A DNA stretch of 64,000 bases from Candidatus Bathyarchaeia archaeon (GCA_050012755.1 JBEKGO010000022.1:14885-78884); one strand, 5' to 3'. Positions 47,625-59,203 are shown, counted from the first letter of the stretch. Translations and numbers: made by a program. The notes: a model not told the origin generated them from the letters alone.

Positions 47625-50597
47625 ATGGTGAACGAGGGGTTGGAAGACCACGAGGTAGAAAATAGAGAAGACTTCCTAGTTCCCATCCTAATATTAACTT
47701 TTGTGGCTTGTGGCTGGTTGGTTTACGCTTACGTAAACAGAACATGGTTACCAGCAGTTCAACAAGTTGCGTCTTGGATAATTCACCCAGTAGTCATCTA
47801 CACTCCCGCCCAAATCGTGGGCGTTCCACTGGCCTTTTTGGCAACTGTTGAGGTTCTGATTCTGGGAGCAACCTGCTCCTACGCGTTGCTCTACAATGAA
47901 AAAGACAGAAGTATCAGGCTTCTGAGCTCGCTGGGATTAGGATTTGGCCTCACAGGATTTGTAACTGTCGTTCTCGGAATCTTCGGAGCCCTGTATCAAC
48001 TGCCCTTAAACTTAGCAATAGTGCTTCTCTGCACAGTTTTCCTGTCAGTTTTTGCATACCGAAAAACGCAGGTGGACAAACTTAAATTGAGAGAATGCTT
48101 CACCCCGCATTTTTCCTTCAAGTTTAAGTTGCCAAATAATTTCAAGTTCTGGTTCCCCGCGTGTCTTGCAATCGGCTTAATCTTTTTCTTCACTTTTTAC
48201 CACGCGCTTCTAACGATCATCGTTCATTGGGATGCCATCGTTTACCATGCAGCAATGGCTATCATAATGTACAGAGACCATGCAATTCCAGTAATAGCAG
48301 GTCCCTCAATCGGGCTTGAGATGAGCGCAAATTTCCCGCCGCTCTTTTCTGCTCTGGGGGCATTTTACTACATTCAAATAGGTACGGTAGAGGATTTCTT
48401 TTTAAGGGCAATTCCTCCTGTGATGGGAGTTCTAACGGTCTTGGCTACGTACAAGATTGGCGAGATTCTCGCTGGAAAAAAATTCGGGTTGCTGTCCGCG
48501 GTTTTCCTTGCAGTTACGCCGTTATTTTTCCGATATTCGATGTACACAACAAGCTATTCTGCACTAACTTTCTTCTGCACAGTTTCAATTCTTTTTCTAT
48601 TGCTCGCTATGGAAAAAGGAGAAGCCAAGTACTGGCTTAGTTGCGGACTCTTTTTTGGATTTGCGCTATTAACCTCTTATGAAATCCTCTATCTTGCCCC
48701 TTTTCTAATCATAGCTCTGATAGCCTACTTGGCACAAAAGAAAAATTCTCTCAGGTTAAACATGAAAAAGGTTTCAGTTTTGCTTTTATCAGCTTTGACA
48801 GTTGGCGGCGTCTGGTATCTGCGGAATTATCTTGAAGTAGGAAACCCGATTTATCCTAACGCCTACACGTTGCTGGGAGGAATCAAAATTGACCCAGTCA
48901 TAGAACAGGCGACTTTTGACAGCATAAAAATGAATGCAAATATAAATTTCTTCGGCGGATATGCTTCACCATTCGACAAACTTATGATGCTACTTACCTA
49001 CAGATCATACTTCCCTGCGTTATCGCTGTTCACGGTGCTGGGTCTTGTGTTACTCTTAACTGTCCGCGACAAAAAATTTCTGCTATTAGCCCTGTGGCCT
49101 CTTACTCTGAGCGGGTTTGTTCTTGGCGGAATTTCATGGGCTTTCCCTCACCATTTGGACTTTGCGATGCCGGGTTTTGCACTAATAAGCGCAGTCCCAA
49201 TCATGAAAGTACTGGATATATGCAAAAAATACGACGTTTCCAACTCCAAAAACGCGATTCTAAGAATAACAAGACGCTTGCCTTCCATTCGCAAAAGCAA
49301 CTTAATCAGGGTGGGCATCGTAATAATTCTCCTCGTGGCTTTTCTTTTTCCAAGCTTGACGCTCAGTATGGCAGGCAAAATAGCTGAAGACAACCTCAAC
49401 GACACGATGCCGGATAATTATCTCTGGTTTTTGGAGCACCCAAACGCCGACACTTGGACCGTTCTAAACAGGTTGTATCCTCAATCCGTCGCTTGGGAAT
49501 TCATGAATGAAAACTTGAGTTACGGTGAAAAAGCCGCCACGGTTGAAAACAACATTTACTACGTCAAGAACTGCAGTAACGATTATTTCTTCTATCTCGA
49601 CGGTTGGGAAGCACGACCGCTGTACAACATGACTGATCCAGCGCTTATGGTTCAGTTCCTTCGTAGTCAAAATGTGAAATACGTCATTGAAGTCAGCTGG
49701 GCTCAGACAGACCCTATTTTTAAATTATTGCCATTGACTAAGTATCTCGGTTCGCCATCTCCGTATTTTCCCATTGTAGTAGATGACGGGGGCAACCCCA
49801 ACATATACAATGTTGGTCCCCTAGAATCTCCATTGACCGATAATTCTTCTACAACAATTTCCTTAAGTGAAGCAGGCTGGAGCTCTGTGCAATCGATTGA
49901 TGGGGTGAATACGCAATCGGTTATCGCTGGAAACGATTCAGCGCGGCTCTACGTCGCCACTCCCAGCTTTACAGATGTGAACATAACTTACCTCGATGTG
50001 GGCAACGGCACATTAGGCATAAATGTGAATAATCCTTTCACTCGAGAATGGATCAATGATTACGCCACTATTCAAAAAACGGATACAGGTAAGTGGAAAA
50101 CCTATGAATTTCTTGCACCATTTTTCAATAACACAGAATTCGTTGAATTGGGCTTCCACGCTTATGATGAAAACTTCACCGTGAGCAAGATAGAGGCTAC
50201 GCCGTATCAATCGGATAAAGGAGTCTTTATGGATTCGTTCAACCGCACCTTGAGCTTTGACATAGCAAACAAGACGTATCCGCCAACCTTAATGGTGTAT
50301 CTTCCGATTATGAATGAGAGCGAAAACATCAGTATTAGCACGGCTTCGTATGGAAAGGGAATGTGTATTGAACTCTATGACGGCACGATTCAACCTTTTG
50401 AAAACACGAACTGGTGGCTAAACCACACCTTAGTTGCAAGGTCGTCTGGCTCGCTTCTAAACGGTGTGAAGAACCCGTTTCTAGTTTGTGAAACCAAGCA
50501 GGCAGGCATATACACAATCGTCATAATCTTAAGACAGGACTACGACTACCAAAACACGAAAATAGAATTGCAAGTAACTAATGGAGACTCGAAGTAG
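47625..50597 (+). CDS. Large GT-C fold glycosyltransferase (family 39-like) with extracellular C-terminal domains
   Basis: HWDAIVYH, NFPPL, WYLRNYLEVGNPIYP; more than 12 TM, then NxS/T-rich beta domains. Confidence 0.8.
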   Translation: MVNEGLEDHEVENREDFLVPILILTFVACGWLVYAYVNRTWLPAVQQVASWIIHPVVIYTPAQIVGVPLAFLATVEVLILGATCSYALLYNEKDRSIRLLSSLGLGFGLTGFVTVVLGIFGALYQLPLNLAIVLLCTVFLSVFAYRKTQVDKLKLRECFTPHFSFKFKLPNNFKFWFPACLAIGLIFFFTFYHALLTIIVHWDAIVYHAAMAIIMYRDHAIPVIAGPSIGLEMSANFPPLFSALGAFYYIQIGTVEDFFLRAIPPVMGVLTVLATYKIGEILAGKKFGLLSAVFLAVTPLFFRYSMYTTSYSALTFFCTVSILFLLLAMEKGEAKYWLSCGLFFGFALLTSYEILYLAPFLIIALIAYLAQKKNSLRLNMKKVSVLLLSALTVGGVWYLRNYLEVGNPIYPNAYTLLGGIKIDPVIEQATFDSIKMNANINFFGGYASPFDKLMMLLTYRSYFPALSLFTVLGLVLLLTVRDKKFLLLALWPLTLSGFVLGGISWAFPHHLDFAMPGFALISAVPIMKVLDICKKYDVSNSKNAILRITRRLPSIRKSNLIRVGIVIILLVAFLFPSLTLSMAGKIAEDNLNDTMPDNYLWFLEHPNADTWTVLNRLYPQSVAWEFMNENLSYGEKAATVENNIYYVKNCSNDYFFYLDGWEARPLYNMTDPALMVQFLRSQNVKYVIEVSWAQTDPIFKLLPLTKYLGSPSPYFPIVVDDGGNPNIYNVGPLESPLTDNSSTTISLSEAGWSSVQSIDGVNTQSVIAGNDSARLYVATPSFTDVNITYLDVGNGTLGINVNNPFTREWINDYATIQKTDTGKWKTYEFLAPFFNNTEFVELGFHAYDENFTVSKIEATPYQSDKGVFMDSFNRTLSFDIANKTYPPTLMVYLPIMNESENISISTASYGKGMCIELYDGTIQPFENTNWWLNHTLVARSSGSLLNGVKNPFLVCETKQAGIYTIVIILRQDYDYQNTKIELQVTNGDSK

Positions 50598-50712
50598 CCA
50601 TGGCTGTATGGACGAACAGGTCTTTCCGCGTTTTTTGGCGGTGCTCAGCTGGATTGACTTTTGATTCAACACAGCCGGTCGCTTTTACAAAAAGTCTGGG
50701 GCGAAGGGAAAG

Positions 50713-53070
50713 ATGAGCACACGCAAGTATACAGTACTAATAGGAATCGTAGTGGCCATTTCGATAGTAGCCGCTTTTGCGATTCTTAACATGAGCAAAT
50801 TGCTGCAGGCACCCATGGAATCGATTCCTGTGGACGGTGGATGGCTAGGTTTGCTCTTAATATTCGTTAACGGGTTCTTTCTTTCGTACCTTATGAGCCC
50901 GCAAAAAAAGGACTTTCTGGAAATGTTGCTTCTTACAATCGGGTTAGGCTTTGGTCTAACCTTCACAACTATGATTCTACTTGGGCTTTTCTGGGATTTC
51001 TCACTGTTCTCGGTGTTTCTGACCCAAGTAATTCTCCTAGCTGTTTTAAGCGGCGCTGCAATCCTTCGAGGGTTCCGAGTAAAAACGGACACGTCGCAAT
51101 GGCCCAACAAAAACGATTTTCAGTTGTCAAGACTCAGCCTCCTCCATTTGGTTTGTATAGTGATTATTGGAATACTCGCGTTTGTTGCGGTTTATGATGC
51201 AGTTACACTTCCTCCTACAGAGTGGGATTCGCTAGCTTACGGGGTAAACTACGCAAGAATAATGTTCCAAAAAGGCACTATCCCGCTTATTGCGGGACCG
51301 TCAATTGGAATAGAAATGAGCGCAAGCTATCCACCGGGCGTTCAACTTGTCGCCGTCTTCCTATATGTGTTCGCGAGAAACGCAAATGACTTCTACTACA
51401 GGCTACTCTCGCCGATCTTCGGTTTAGCAACTTTAGCAGTCACATACAAGTTTGCCATGTTGGTCAACAAGAACCGAACAATTTCTCTTTATGCTATTGT
51501 CGCTTTGAGTTCTATCCCTGTTTTCTGGGACCTCTTTGTTGTGGAAAGCTATCTCATTGGGTTAACTTTGATGATTACCCTGTGCGGCTTCTTCTTATAC
51601 AAAGCGTATGTATCAAATCCTTCTGATACCAAGAAATACGAAATCCTCGGCGCCTTGTTCTGCGGTTTTGCGTCACTTATTAGCTACATTGGACTGTTTT
51701 CATTCGGCATTTTGCTGCTTTATTCGGTGCACAAAAAGTTGACCGCGAAACACGTTGGTTTGTTGGCGTCGTTGGGAATCATCGTCGTTTTGCCGTGGTA
51801 CTCCCGCAACTTGATCTTGCTCGGGAACCCAGTTTACCCCTTTTTCGGCGTCGGCAAATACCTGTATCCTTTGTTGGAAAAGTCAACGTCGCTTAGTTTT
51901 CAACAGTACAATATTATTCCCCAATTTGAGTGGATTAGCACAATTTGTAAAGTAGGCGTCGGCGTCTCGATTATCGCAATTGGCTACTTTACCGTTTCCA
52001 AGCGAAAAAATTTCCTCACGGTTTTGCCTATTTATTTTTTGTTCGCAGCTTGTGCAATAATGGGTACGCATATAGCCTTCATAAGATATGCAATAATATC
52101 TTTGCCCGTTTTGGCGGTGGTTTTCTCTTATGTCATCAATTTGATTCCAAAGAAGCGCAGGTTTTCGTTGTACGTTTCCATCGCGCTCCTAGGTTTCATT
52201 GTTCTTTCAAGCGCGTTTATGCTTCCGTACATAAACTCTGCTAAACTTGAGAGTAAACCAGGCGAAACCAAACCTCAGTACTTGTCACGTGTATTTGAAG
52301 AAGGCGACGCTTGGCAATGGATTAACCAAAACACTCCACTGAACGCTACTATCGCCACTTACGACATCAAAGAATACTACCTTAACCGCAACATTCTTGC
52401 ACTTGACGGAAACGAGTCCGTGCCACTTTACCAAATGAACACCGTTCAAGAATGCATAAGCTTCCTCCAAGAAAAAGGCGTATCATACGTCATGAGCGTC
52501 CCATGGGCTAGCCCCGGAGACACTCGAATGCCGCTTGCCTACACTTGGTGCCCCTTCACAAAATACTTAGGCGATCCAAGCTTTTTCCCTCCACTCTTTG
52601 TTGGAGAGGCTGGCACAACTGTATATCACGTGGGTCCCCTCGACAAAAAAATGGTTGATCAAGCCTTCGCCGAAAACAACATGGTTCCACCCACGAGAAA
52701 TGTGACTTTCAATTTTACCTTGACAAACAGTACCTATCCTCGCGAGGGTAAATTCTGGCTGCCCGTCCCTGTTGATTATCGGAAAGGTGTGATGACAGCT
52801 TCATTTAACAGTTCTGACCCTCTTGACATCCAATTATGGTATGGACAGGTTCCAGCAGATCAGATTGAAAAACCCTCAAAAAGCTACGTGCTCCTCGCAC
52901 ATTGGTCAATCCAGTGCGGAAACAACTTAAACGCTGGAAATTCCTCATTTACATGGCAAGTCACCTATGCTGGATACCTGACCTTCATAGTCTTTGATAA
53001 AGAAAAAAGCTTGCAGCCTGCAATCAACGCTACTGTAAATCTAAGTTTTCAAAACCAGTTAGGAAACTAA
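50713..53070 (+). CDS. GT-C fold glycosyltransferase, paralog of 47625-50597
   Basis: EWDSLAY, IAGPSIGIEMSASYPP, WYSRNLILLGNPVYP shared with the upstream gene. Confidence 0.8.
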   Translation: MSTRKYTVLIGIVVAISIVAAFAILNMSKLLQAPMESIPVDGGWLGLLLIFVNGFFLSYLMSPQKKDFLEMLLLTIGLGFGLTFTTMILLGLFWDFSLFSVFLTQVILLAVLSGAAILRGFRVKTDTSQWPNKNDFQLSRLSLLHLVCIVIIGILAFVAVYDAVTLPPTEWDSLAYGVNYARIMFQKGTIPLIAGPSIGIEMSASYPPGVQLVAVFLYVFARNANDFYYRLLSPIFGLATLAVTYKFAMLVNKNRTISLYAIVALSSIPVFWDLFVVESYLIGLTLMITLCGFFLYKAYVSNPSDTKKYEILGALFCGFASLISYIGLFSFGILLLYSVHKKLTAKHVGLLASLGIIVVLPWYSRNLILLGNPVYPFFGVGKYLYPLLEKSTSLSFQQYNIIPQFEWISTICKVGVGVSIIAIGYFTVSKRKNFLTVLPIYFLFAACAIMGTHIAFIRYAIISLPVLAVVFSYVINLIPKKRRFSLYVSIALLGFIVLSSAFMLPYINSAKLESKPGETKPQYLSRVFEEGDAWQWINQNTPLNATIATYDIKEYYLNRNILALDGNESVPLYQMNTVQECISFLQEKGVSYVMSVPWASPGDTRMPLAYTWCPFTKYLGDPSFFPPLFVGEAGTTVYHVGPLDKKMVDQAFAENNMVPPTRNVTFNFTLTNSTYPREGKFWLPVPVDYRKGVMTASFNSSDPLDIQLWYGQVPADQIEKPSKSYVLLAHWSIQCGNNLNAGNSSFTWQVTYAGYLTFIVFDKEKSLQPAINATVNLSFQNQLGN

Positions 53071-53363
53071 CCTAGTTTGAAAATGGCTGACAGCATCTTC
53101 TCCGCGACTACACCTCAAGCGAGGAATCAAAAGAAGGGGTTACTTTCATAGTTCTCGAATCTAAAAAGATAGATGCCATTTTATGCCGTTTCGAACGAAA
53201 AGCATCATGAGAAGAGAACAAGCGGAAATTTGGGGTTGGAAGAGCTATTTTCTGTAATTCCTTCAAATTTGGCGAGTGTCGACAGATTAGGGCTATAGAA
53301 AGACCTTTAAAGAAAACGCATAGAAATAGAAAGCCATCAATTCAAAAGGAGACAAAAATTGAA

Positions 53364-54073
53364 TTGAAACGGACAGTAATTGTAGCTTTTTGCATTCTGA
53401 CATTGTGTTTGCTGACATGTTTAGCTACTCCAAAACTTGCAAATGCACAAGCAGCTGGCTATACACACACGTGCTATACGCTAACAAATGCTCCCACAAT
53501 AGATGGAAAATGGACATCCCCCTCGGAATGGACTGATGGCCAAAGTACTATCAGATATGCCTAGACGGCAGCATGGACGGCGGAACAGCCCCGCAACTCG
53601 ATGATTTCTTGATAAACATTACTGGTCACACGACCGCTACATGGTACGAAGGAACCGGATCAGGTTGGGCTGCAATAAGTACACCTCCAGCCACCACCTT
53701 CTCATGGAATGAAACATTAAGTACATCGCCAGTCTATAGCACGCCGCATTACATACTCGAAGTCCATATCATAAAAACAGATCCTGCAGGGAGCCAAACA
53801 GGAATTATGGGTGCAGAATTCTGGATGAGAGTAGCAGCCTACGACGCACACTCTGGAGGTTATGGGCTTCAGGCTTGGCCGCCCACGAGCAGCGCTAATG
53901 TTCCATCTGGCTGGGGAGACATACCATACTCTTCATCTGCAATTCCGGAAAGCTTGAACATCAGCCTCATAATGGTCATGTCTGCTGTTGCGGTTGCAGC
54001 TGGCTCAGTAATTTTGAAGAAACGATCCAGCATAACGGATCTTGTAAGCAAGCGAAAGCCAACATTATCGTAA
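53364..54073 (+). pseudogene. Paralog of the 44761-45591 surface protein, frameshifted by an internal deletion
   Basis: 5' part ...TCYTLTNAPTIDGKWTSPSEWTDGQ; another frame resumes YYQICLDGSMDGGTAPQLDDF...AIPESLNISLIMVMSAVAVAAGSVILKKR. Roughly 35-40 codons present in the paralog are missing near 53545. Confidence 0.82.
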
Positions 54074-54141
54074 GAATGCTGTTCCCTTTCCCCTTCTTTT
54101 TTTTGTTTCCACATCTTAAGATGACGATCGTTAACTCAAGC

Positions 54142-55593
54142 TTATAGGGTTGAGCGGAATCCGCTGAGCACTTCTTTGATGGATTGAATAAGTGGATGCT
54201 CAACTTGTACGGGCTCAGTTAGTTTTTTCAGACGTTCCACGCGCCAGTAAATGGGTGGGTGGCTGTCTAATCCAAGCCATTCTTGGAAGCGGAAACTGGG
54301 TGTACGTTCGAATAGCAGGCGTCGGAACCCGATTTTTTCTAAAGAGTTCGCCAAGATTTTAGGGTGCCCAATAATGATGCCTGAGGTTAGGTCAGCGCGG
54401 GCTTCGAAGAATTTGGCGATGAAGAAAATGAGGGTCATGACTGCGAAGAAGTAGACAAAGAACAGTAAAGACAAAAATATTGCAGGGAACAATGCAAGCA
54501 ACACGTAGAATCTAAATATGAATTCTGCGCTTAGAAGTCCGAAGAGGATAAGTGGATCTCTGCCTTTGAGGTGACCGAATTCGTGTCCTAAGACACTTTC
54601 AACTTCAGGTTCGTTGAGTTGCACAAGCAGCCCTGTTGTTATAAGTACTATGCCTCGGCTGGGAGAGGGACCTGATGCAGCAGCGTTAGGAACCATGGTG
54701 TTAGAAACAACGATTTTAGGCACTTTGTAACCAAAGCGGTCAGCAACCTTCTTCACTAGATCGTATACGTTGATTTTTTTGGATGACAAGCTTCCCTGTC
54801 TACAGGAAACATTGTATTTGGAGAAGACGCCCTCAGCTTCAGTGCAATCGATTTCGCCATGTTTAGCTTTTATTTCCTGGTAGACCTCGTTTTTGATAGC
54901 TACCAGTTGCTCAGGAGGAATTTGTTTGTAATCATCCAGCGTGCCTAGTGAGCCAACTGGCGGCTTATACTCTAAGAAATGAATGGAAGGGTTATCTTTG
55001 GTTATGGTCCAGTCGCCTGACCGCGCTATGATTTTATCGGAGTAAAAAACAAAAACAAACTGTGAGGCGATTAATATTATTGGAACAGTCCAGAAATACT
55101 TGGGGTAAAGTGTGGTAACCACGAAAAACAAACCTAAGCCCATTACTATGAATACGAATGAGAGGAGGACTTGAGTTTCCAGAAAGATCCGTTGAAAACT
55201 TTTTTCGTGAAGCCTCACCTTTTCAGGGACAATTTTTTCTCCTTCTTGCCAAGCAAAGTACCATGTTATGTTGCGGGCTTTTTCTTCAAACATCTGAGTG
55301 GCAATAACAACATCTTGTCTGGCTTCAGCAATAACAGAGTCGGGTACCTGCCCTTCAAGAGGCGTTATGGTTACGTTAACAGAATCAGTGCCTACTATTT
55401 TCACTTGCAAGATTCGTTTACCTTGAGCGTCAAGGACATCGTAGGATATGTGGTAACTATTCGGTGCCATTTCTTGGGAGATGCTGGTGAACCGTTGCTT
55501 CTGCGATATCAAATATTGTTTGTAAATGAAGTCAAATAGTTTTTCATAATAGCTGGAAGGAACTTCAGTGTCAATTCTGTAGGAAACAGACAA
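54142..55593 (-). CDS. M48 family (HtpX-like) membrane zinc metalloprotease with N-terminal extension
   Basis: PNAAASG, ITTGLL, LGHEFGH, EARAD, SHPP..R. Confidence 0.9.
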   Translation of the reverse strand: MSVSYRIDTEVPSSYYEKLFDFIYKQYLISQKQRFTSISQEMAPNSYHISYDVLDAQGKRILQVKIVGTDSVNVTITPLEGQVPDSVIAEARQDVVIATQMFEEKARNITWYFAWQEGEKIVPEKVRLHEKSFQRIFLETQVLLSFVFIVMGLGLFFVVTTLYPKYFWTVPIILIASQFVFVFYSDKIIARSGDWTITKDNPSIHFLEYKPPVGSLGTLDDYKQIPPEQLVAIKNEVYQEIKAKHGEIDCTEAEGVFSKYNVSCRQGSLSSKKINVYDLVKKVADRFGYKVPKIVVSNTMVPNAAASGPSPSRGIVLITTGLLVQLNEPEVESVLGHEFGHLKGRDPLILFGLLSAEFIFRFYVLLALFPAIFLSLLFFVYFFAVMTLIFFIAKFFEARADLTSGIIIGHPKILANSLEKIGFRRLLFERTPSFRFQEWLGLDSHPPIYWRVERLKKLTEPVQVEHPLIQSIKEVLSGFRSTL

Positions 55594-55804
55594 TACAATG
55601 TAACCTTCTGAAACCTAGAAGTGGTTAAAATAAAATATGTGTGTCATTCATTATTAACCCTACGGTTGGATTTAAGTTAGAAAATATGGCTTCATCGACA
55701 AGATATTAACAACTTTTGAGCTTAACGACTTTTAAGCTGAAGGCGATTTAATTTCAGCGGACAACCGGCATAAATTATCTTAGATTTTTAGAACAACTAG
55801 CAAA

Positions 55805-56860
55805 TTAAAGTTGAGTTGAAGCTAACTTTTCTATTCTTATTGTAATTTCGTCGATAACATAAGGTATTAAAGCGATAAGGAAAGTAGCTCCAGGCAAGAA
55901 GTAGTTCCAGAAACCATTTACAGGAAGAATAAACGCTCCTAATAACAGCAAAGTCCCCATTAGTGGAACAGGAAACACTGTTTTACGCCTAAGACATATT
56001 ACCGCTATCAAAGTCGCCACTAAAAACAGCGTTACTCTTATCCAAGATGTTAATGATAACCCTGTGGTGGTGTTGATTAGCTGTAGAGGCTAAAGACTCC
56101 ATTGCTTTGAAGTGGTCTTTGAAATTGAAACAGAATGACATCATATATGAAGCGAAAAGTGTCTTGCAAAAAAAACGGAAGAACTATTCCAGCGGTAACT
56201 ACTATAGAGCCAAAAAAATACGAGATTTTACGTTCCCCCAATAGATAAAAAACGATCAGAGGAAGTGCGAGAAACATTAATTGGTTCGTTGCCAAGCGCC
56301 AAACCAAGGAATATTGCAGACACCAGATGTTTTTTCTTAAGCAATGCTACTGTAGAAACAGTTAGAAAAGATGTTCCAATCATGATATTTGTCGAGGCCA
56401 CGCTCGTTAGCCAGATAGAAAAAGGAAGAAGAGCATACGTTAAGGGCGCGAAAAATGCTGCTGCTCCATGATTAATTGATTTAGCAATATAATATAATGA
56501 AAACATTATGAGAATATCAGCAAATATGCTGCCAAGTCGAATGTCTCCTAAAAGGTAAAAGGGAGCATAATATATTGGCACCATAGGAAGATAAGCAAAC
56601 ATATTCAATGCATATCCCTGAGTAATAAGATTTTGAGAATATGGATTTTGAAAATTTAGAATTAGTTTTGCAGCTTGATTATCTACAAAGTAGACATCCA
56701 CTGGATAATAAGATGCATTTGCGAATAAAGGAATTGAAATTACCCGAAGAAGCACACCAATCACAACAATAACAAAAATCAAGTATTTTGTTTGATCTAG
56801 CTTTTTTTTCCAAGAAATTAGTAGTCTTATAGAGTTTGAAGTCGAAACCGTTACACGCAT
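55805..56860 (-). pseudogene. GT-C (family 87-like) membrane glycosyltransferase split by two frameshifts
   Basis: DVY...NPY...FAYLP, GDIR, LGLAL/ATNQ, FQFQRP. Frameshifts near 56293 and 56080 join ORFs 56228-56860, 56077-56307 and 55805-56020. Confidence 0.72.
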
Positions 56861-56975
56861 TTCTCCAGAAATATTATTTGCTTGCCCATAAATAAAAGCC
56901 GATTTGTAGATTTATTAACATTTTCAAAAAGATAAAGCAGAATCAAGTCTCTTTTGTTCAATTAGCGCTGGTTAT

Positions 56976-58307
56976 TCATGGTGAATCTTTTGATGTTTGA
57001 ACTCTTTCAACCATAACAACCAAACCCTTCAAAGCCTTTACGCTCACTTGCTCGCCTTTTGCTATGACTCCAGATACCGCTTCGGCCCTCCAGATTTCCC
57101 CTTCCACTCTGACTTCTCCTTTAGGGCTAAGATCAGTAATGGCTACTCCTGTTTTGCCAATCAAGGCTTCTGGGCCCGTGAGCTTAGAGCGTCGCCTAAT
57201 TGGTCCAATCACCCATCTGATGTATAAGCCGATGATTACTCCAAAAACCACCAGTAAACCAAGTTCGATTTCTACAAGCTCAGTAATCGGCGATGGTGAA
57301 TACTGCAGCCCTAGCGAAAGATAATAAATTCCAAAAGCACCGAGCACTGCGCCTGCCATCAGTGCAAACCCGTGTCCAAGCTTTAACTCCGCGACAATCA
57401 GTGCCGCCGCTATGACCAATATGACGATCCCGAGCAGAGAGGCGCCAATTATTTCAGCTCCAACCAAGCCGGCAACAATAGCGATAAGACCCAAGATTGT
57501 GAGCACTATGGTTGGATGATAAATATCCAGCACAATTGCGATAACTCCTACCAGAAAAAGAATCCCATCCAAAGTAGCATTGCTCAAAGCGCTAATTATT
57601 TGCTCGTATAAGTCTTCACTTAGATGTACCTGAGGATTTTCTGATAAGCCCAGTTGGTTAAGCGCGTCAGATAGTGAATTTGCTGAGCCATCTGCTACGT
57701 GAATAGCTACTGCCTGATTGGCTGTAAACGCTTGATTAGACTGAACCATATCAAAAACTGCAGTGGTATTGCGTCCCCAATTCTCAGCAAGACTCGTTAG
57801 CAGGCTAAGCATGGCAGCTTGGGTGTGATTTTGTTCCAGCGCTGTACCACCGATTATGTATGGTGTACTTGGACCAATTATTGAACCAGGAGCCATAAGA
57901 ATTCTGTTTGTAGCCATGGCAATGTAGCTGCCAGCAGAAGCACCTAAGCCGTTTGGCACAATAAACGTGTAGGTTGGAATGCTGGATTGATTTGCCGCTG
58001 TAATAGAGGATATTATGGAGAGCATATCATTGAGGCTTCCGCCAGGCGTGTTCATTTCTACAACTATGGCGGCAGCATTTTGGCTCTGCGCAGTTGATAC
58101 GACACGGGACATGAAAGCAACTGAGCCAGGATCTACCTGAACGTTAAAATCGGCAATGACCACGACGTTTCCGCTGCCAGATACCGGTTGAGCAGAAGAA
58201 GCAGAAACATAAGCTGAGAAACAGTTAAGGACAAGCAGAAATAGTGCTGTCACAAGCAAACCAGAGATTATCGAAGCACCAAAAATTCTTCTTTTTGGTC
58301 TAAACAA
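56976..58307 (-). CDS. nfeD: NfeD family membrane-bound serine protease (long form)
   Basis: NTPGG, ASAG, MAPGSIIG, TM bundle, C-terminal OB TG.EALIGK.G...G.VRVEGEIWRA. Confidence 0.9.
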   Translation of the reverse strand: MFRPKRRIFGASIISGLLVTALFLLVLNCFSAYVSASSAQPVSGSGNVVVIADFNVQVDPGSVAFMSRVVSTAQSQNAAAIVVEMNTPGGSLNDMLSIISSITAANQSSIPTYTFIVPNGLGASAGSYIAMATNRILMAPGSIIGPSTPYIIGGTALEQNHTQAAMLSLLTSLAENWGRNTTAVFDMVQSNQAFTANQAVAIHVADGSANSLSDALNQLGLSENPQVHLSEDLYEQIISALSNATLDGILFLVGVIAIVLDIYHPTIVLTILGLIAIVAGLVGAEIIGASLLGIVILVIAAALIVAELKLGHGFALMAGAVLGAFGIYYLSLGLQYSPSPITELVEIELGLLVVFGVIIGLYIRWVIGPIRRRSKLTGPEALIGKTGVAITDLSPKGEVRVEGEIWRAEAVSGVIAKGEQVSVKALKGLVVMVERVQTSKDSP

Positions 58308-58403
58308 TTTTCGTCCTTTCTTCGCTATCTAGTAGGCTGCCTATAAGCTTTGGCATAATAACAAAGCGTCAAAACTACATGTTAATCTATTAGACAAAAA
58401 AAA

Positions 58404-59084
58404 CTACTTTTCTCGATGCAACTTTAGTCGCCAAATCGAAATTGCCGAAAAAGCTACTAAAATGATCATTATAGCGGTTAGAAGTACATAAAATACGGTT
58501 GAATCTAAGCCTAGAATTTGTGGTTGCCATAGGTTTGTTTGACTTGTTTTTGTAAACATAGAAAATTCGTTGAAGTTTGACGTTGCAGCAACCATAATGC
58601 CTGTTTGCTTGTCCCAATAATAAGTGGTCTGGTTTGCAACTCCTGAAAGAACGGCCCGTTCGGCGCCTCCAGTTTCGAGTTGCTCAACACCTGTTATTGT
58701 TATGTTGCCTTCGTATTCGCTGTTGTATTTATCGCCTGGATTCAGATTTGTTGGTATGAAGAAGCCGTCTCCTATGGCTCCAGTCGCTAAGTTGAGGGTT
58801 ATCCCATTTTCCGGATAAATTGTTCCGTTTGCATATGCCGTCACTACATCGATGTATATGGTTTCTCCTTTAACGCCAGTTATGTCCATTCTTGCCCAAG
58901 TAATGTTGAAGTCTGAAGTTGGATTGCCTGTTTCAGTTACCTGATATTTTATCCAGTCGCCTTCTTTTACGCGAACAGTTTCTTCGGCTGAAGCTGGAGA
59001 AAATAATGCTGGCGCCAAGAGCGTAATTAAAGCAATTACAAGGAAGACGGATTTCTTCATTGTCAGGTCACATTGTTTTGTCAT
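58404..59084 (-). CDS. Secreted protein with C-terminal membrane anchor
   Basis: Signal peptide, VKEGDWIKY, YYWDKQTGIMV, C-terminal TM plus basic tail. Confidence 0.75.
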   Translation of the reverse strand: MTKQCDLTMKKSVFLVIALITLLAPALFSPASAEETVRVKEGDWIKYQVTETGNPTSDFNITWARMDITGVKGETIYIDVVTAYANGTIYPENGITLNLATGAIGDGFFIPTNLNPGDKYNSEYEGNITITGVEQLETGGAERAVLSGVANQTTYYWDKQTGIMVAATSNFNEFSMFTKTSQTNLWQPQILGLDSTVFYVLLTAIMIILVAFSAISIWRLKLHREK

Positions 59085-59203
59085 TTTTGTGCTTTTAAGA
59101 GTTGTTAATAGTAAAGTTACCGTTGCAGAAAATGGTCATAAGCAGGAAAAAGTCTTCAGCTTTTTATGTAAGAGTCAATTCAAAAGCGTATTTTATTTTT
59201 TTA

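Noticed and set aside
53562-53564. TAG readthrough joining ORFs 53364 and 53573
   Set aside because: The two ORFs are in different frames; the paralog shows a deletion-caused frameshift.
41999-54100. Integrative element at tRNA-Gln
   Set aside because: No integrase was found, and I saw no repeat of the tRNA 3' end downstream.
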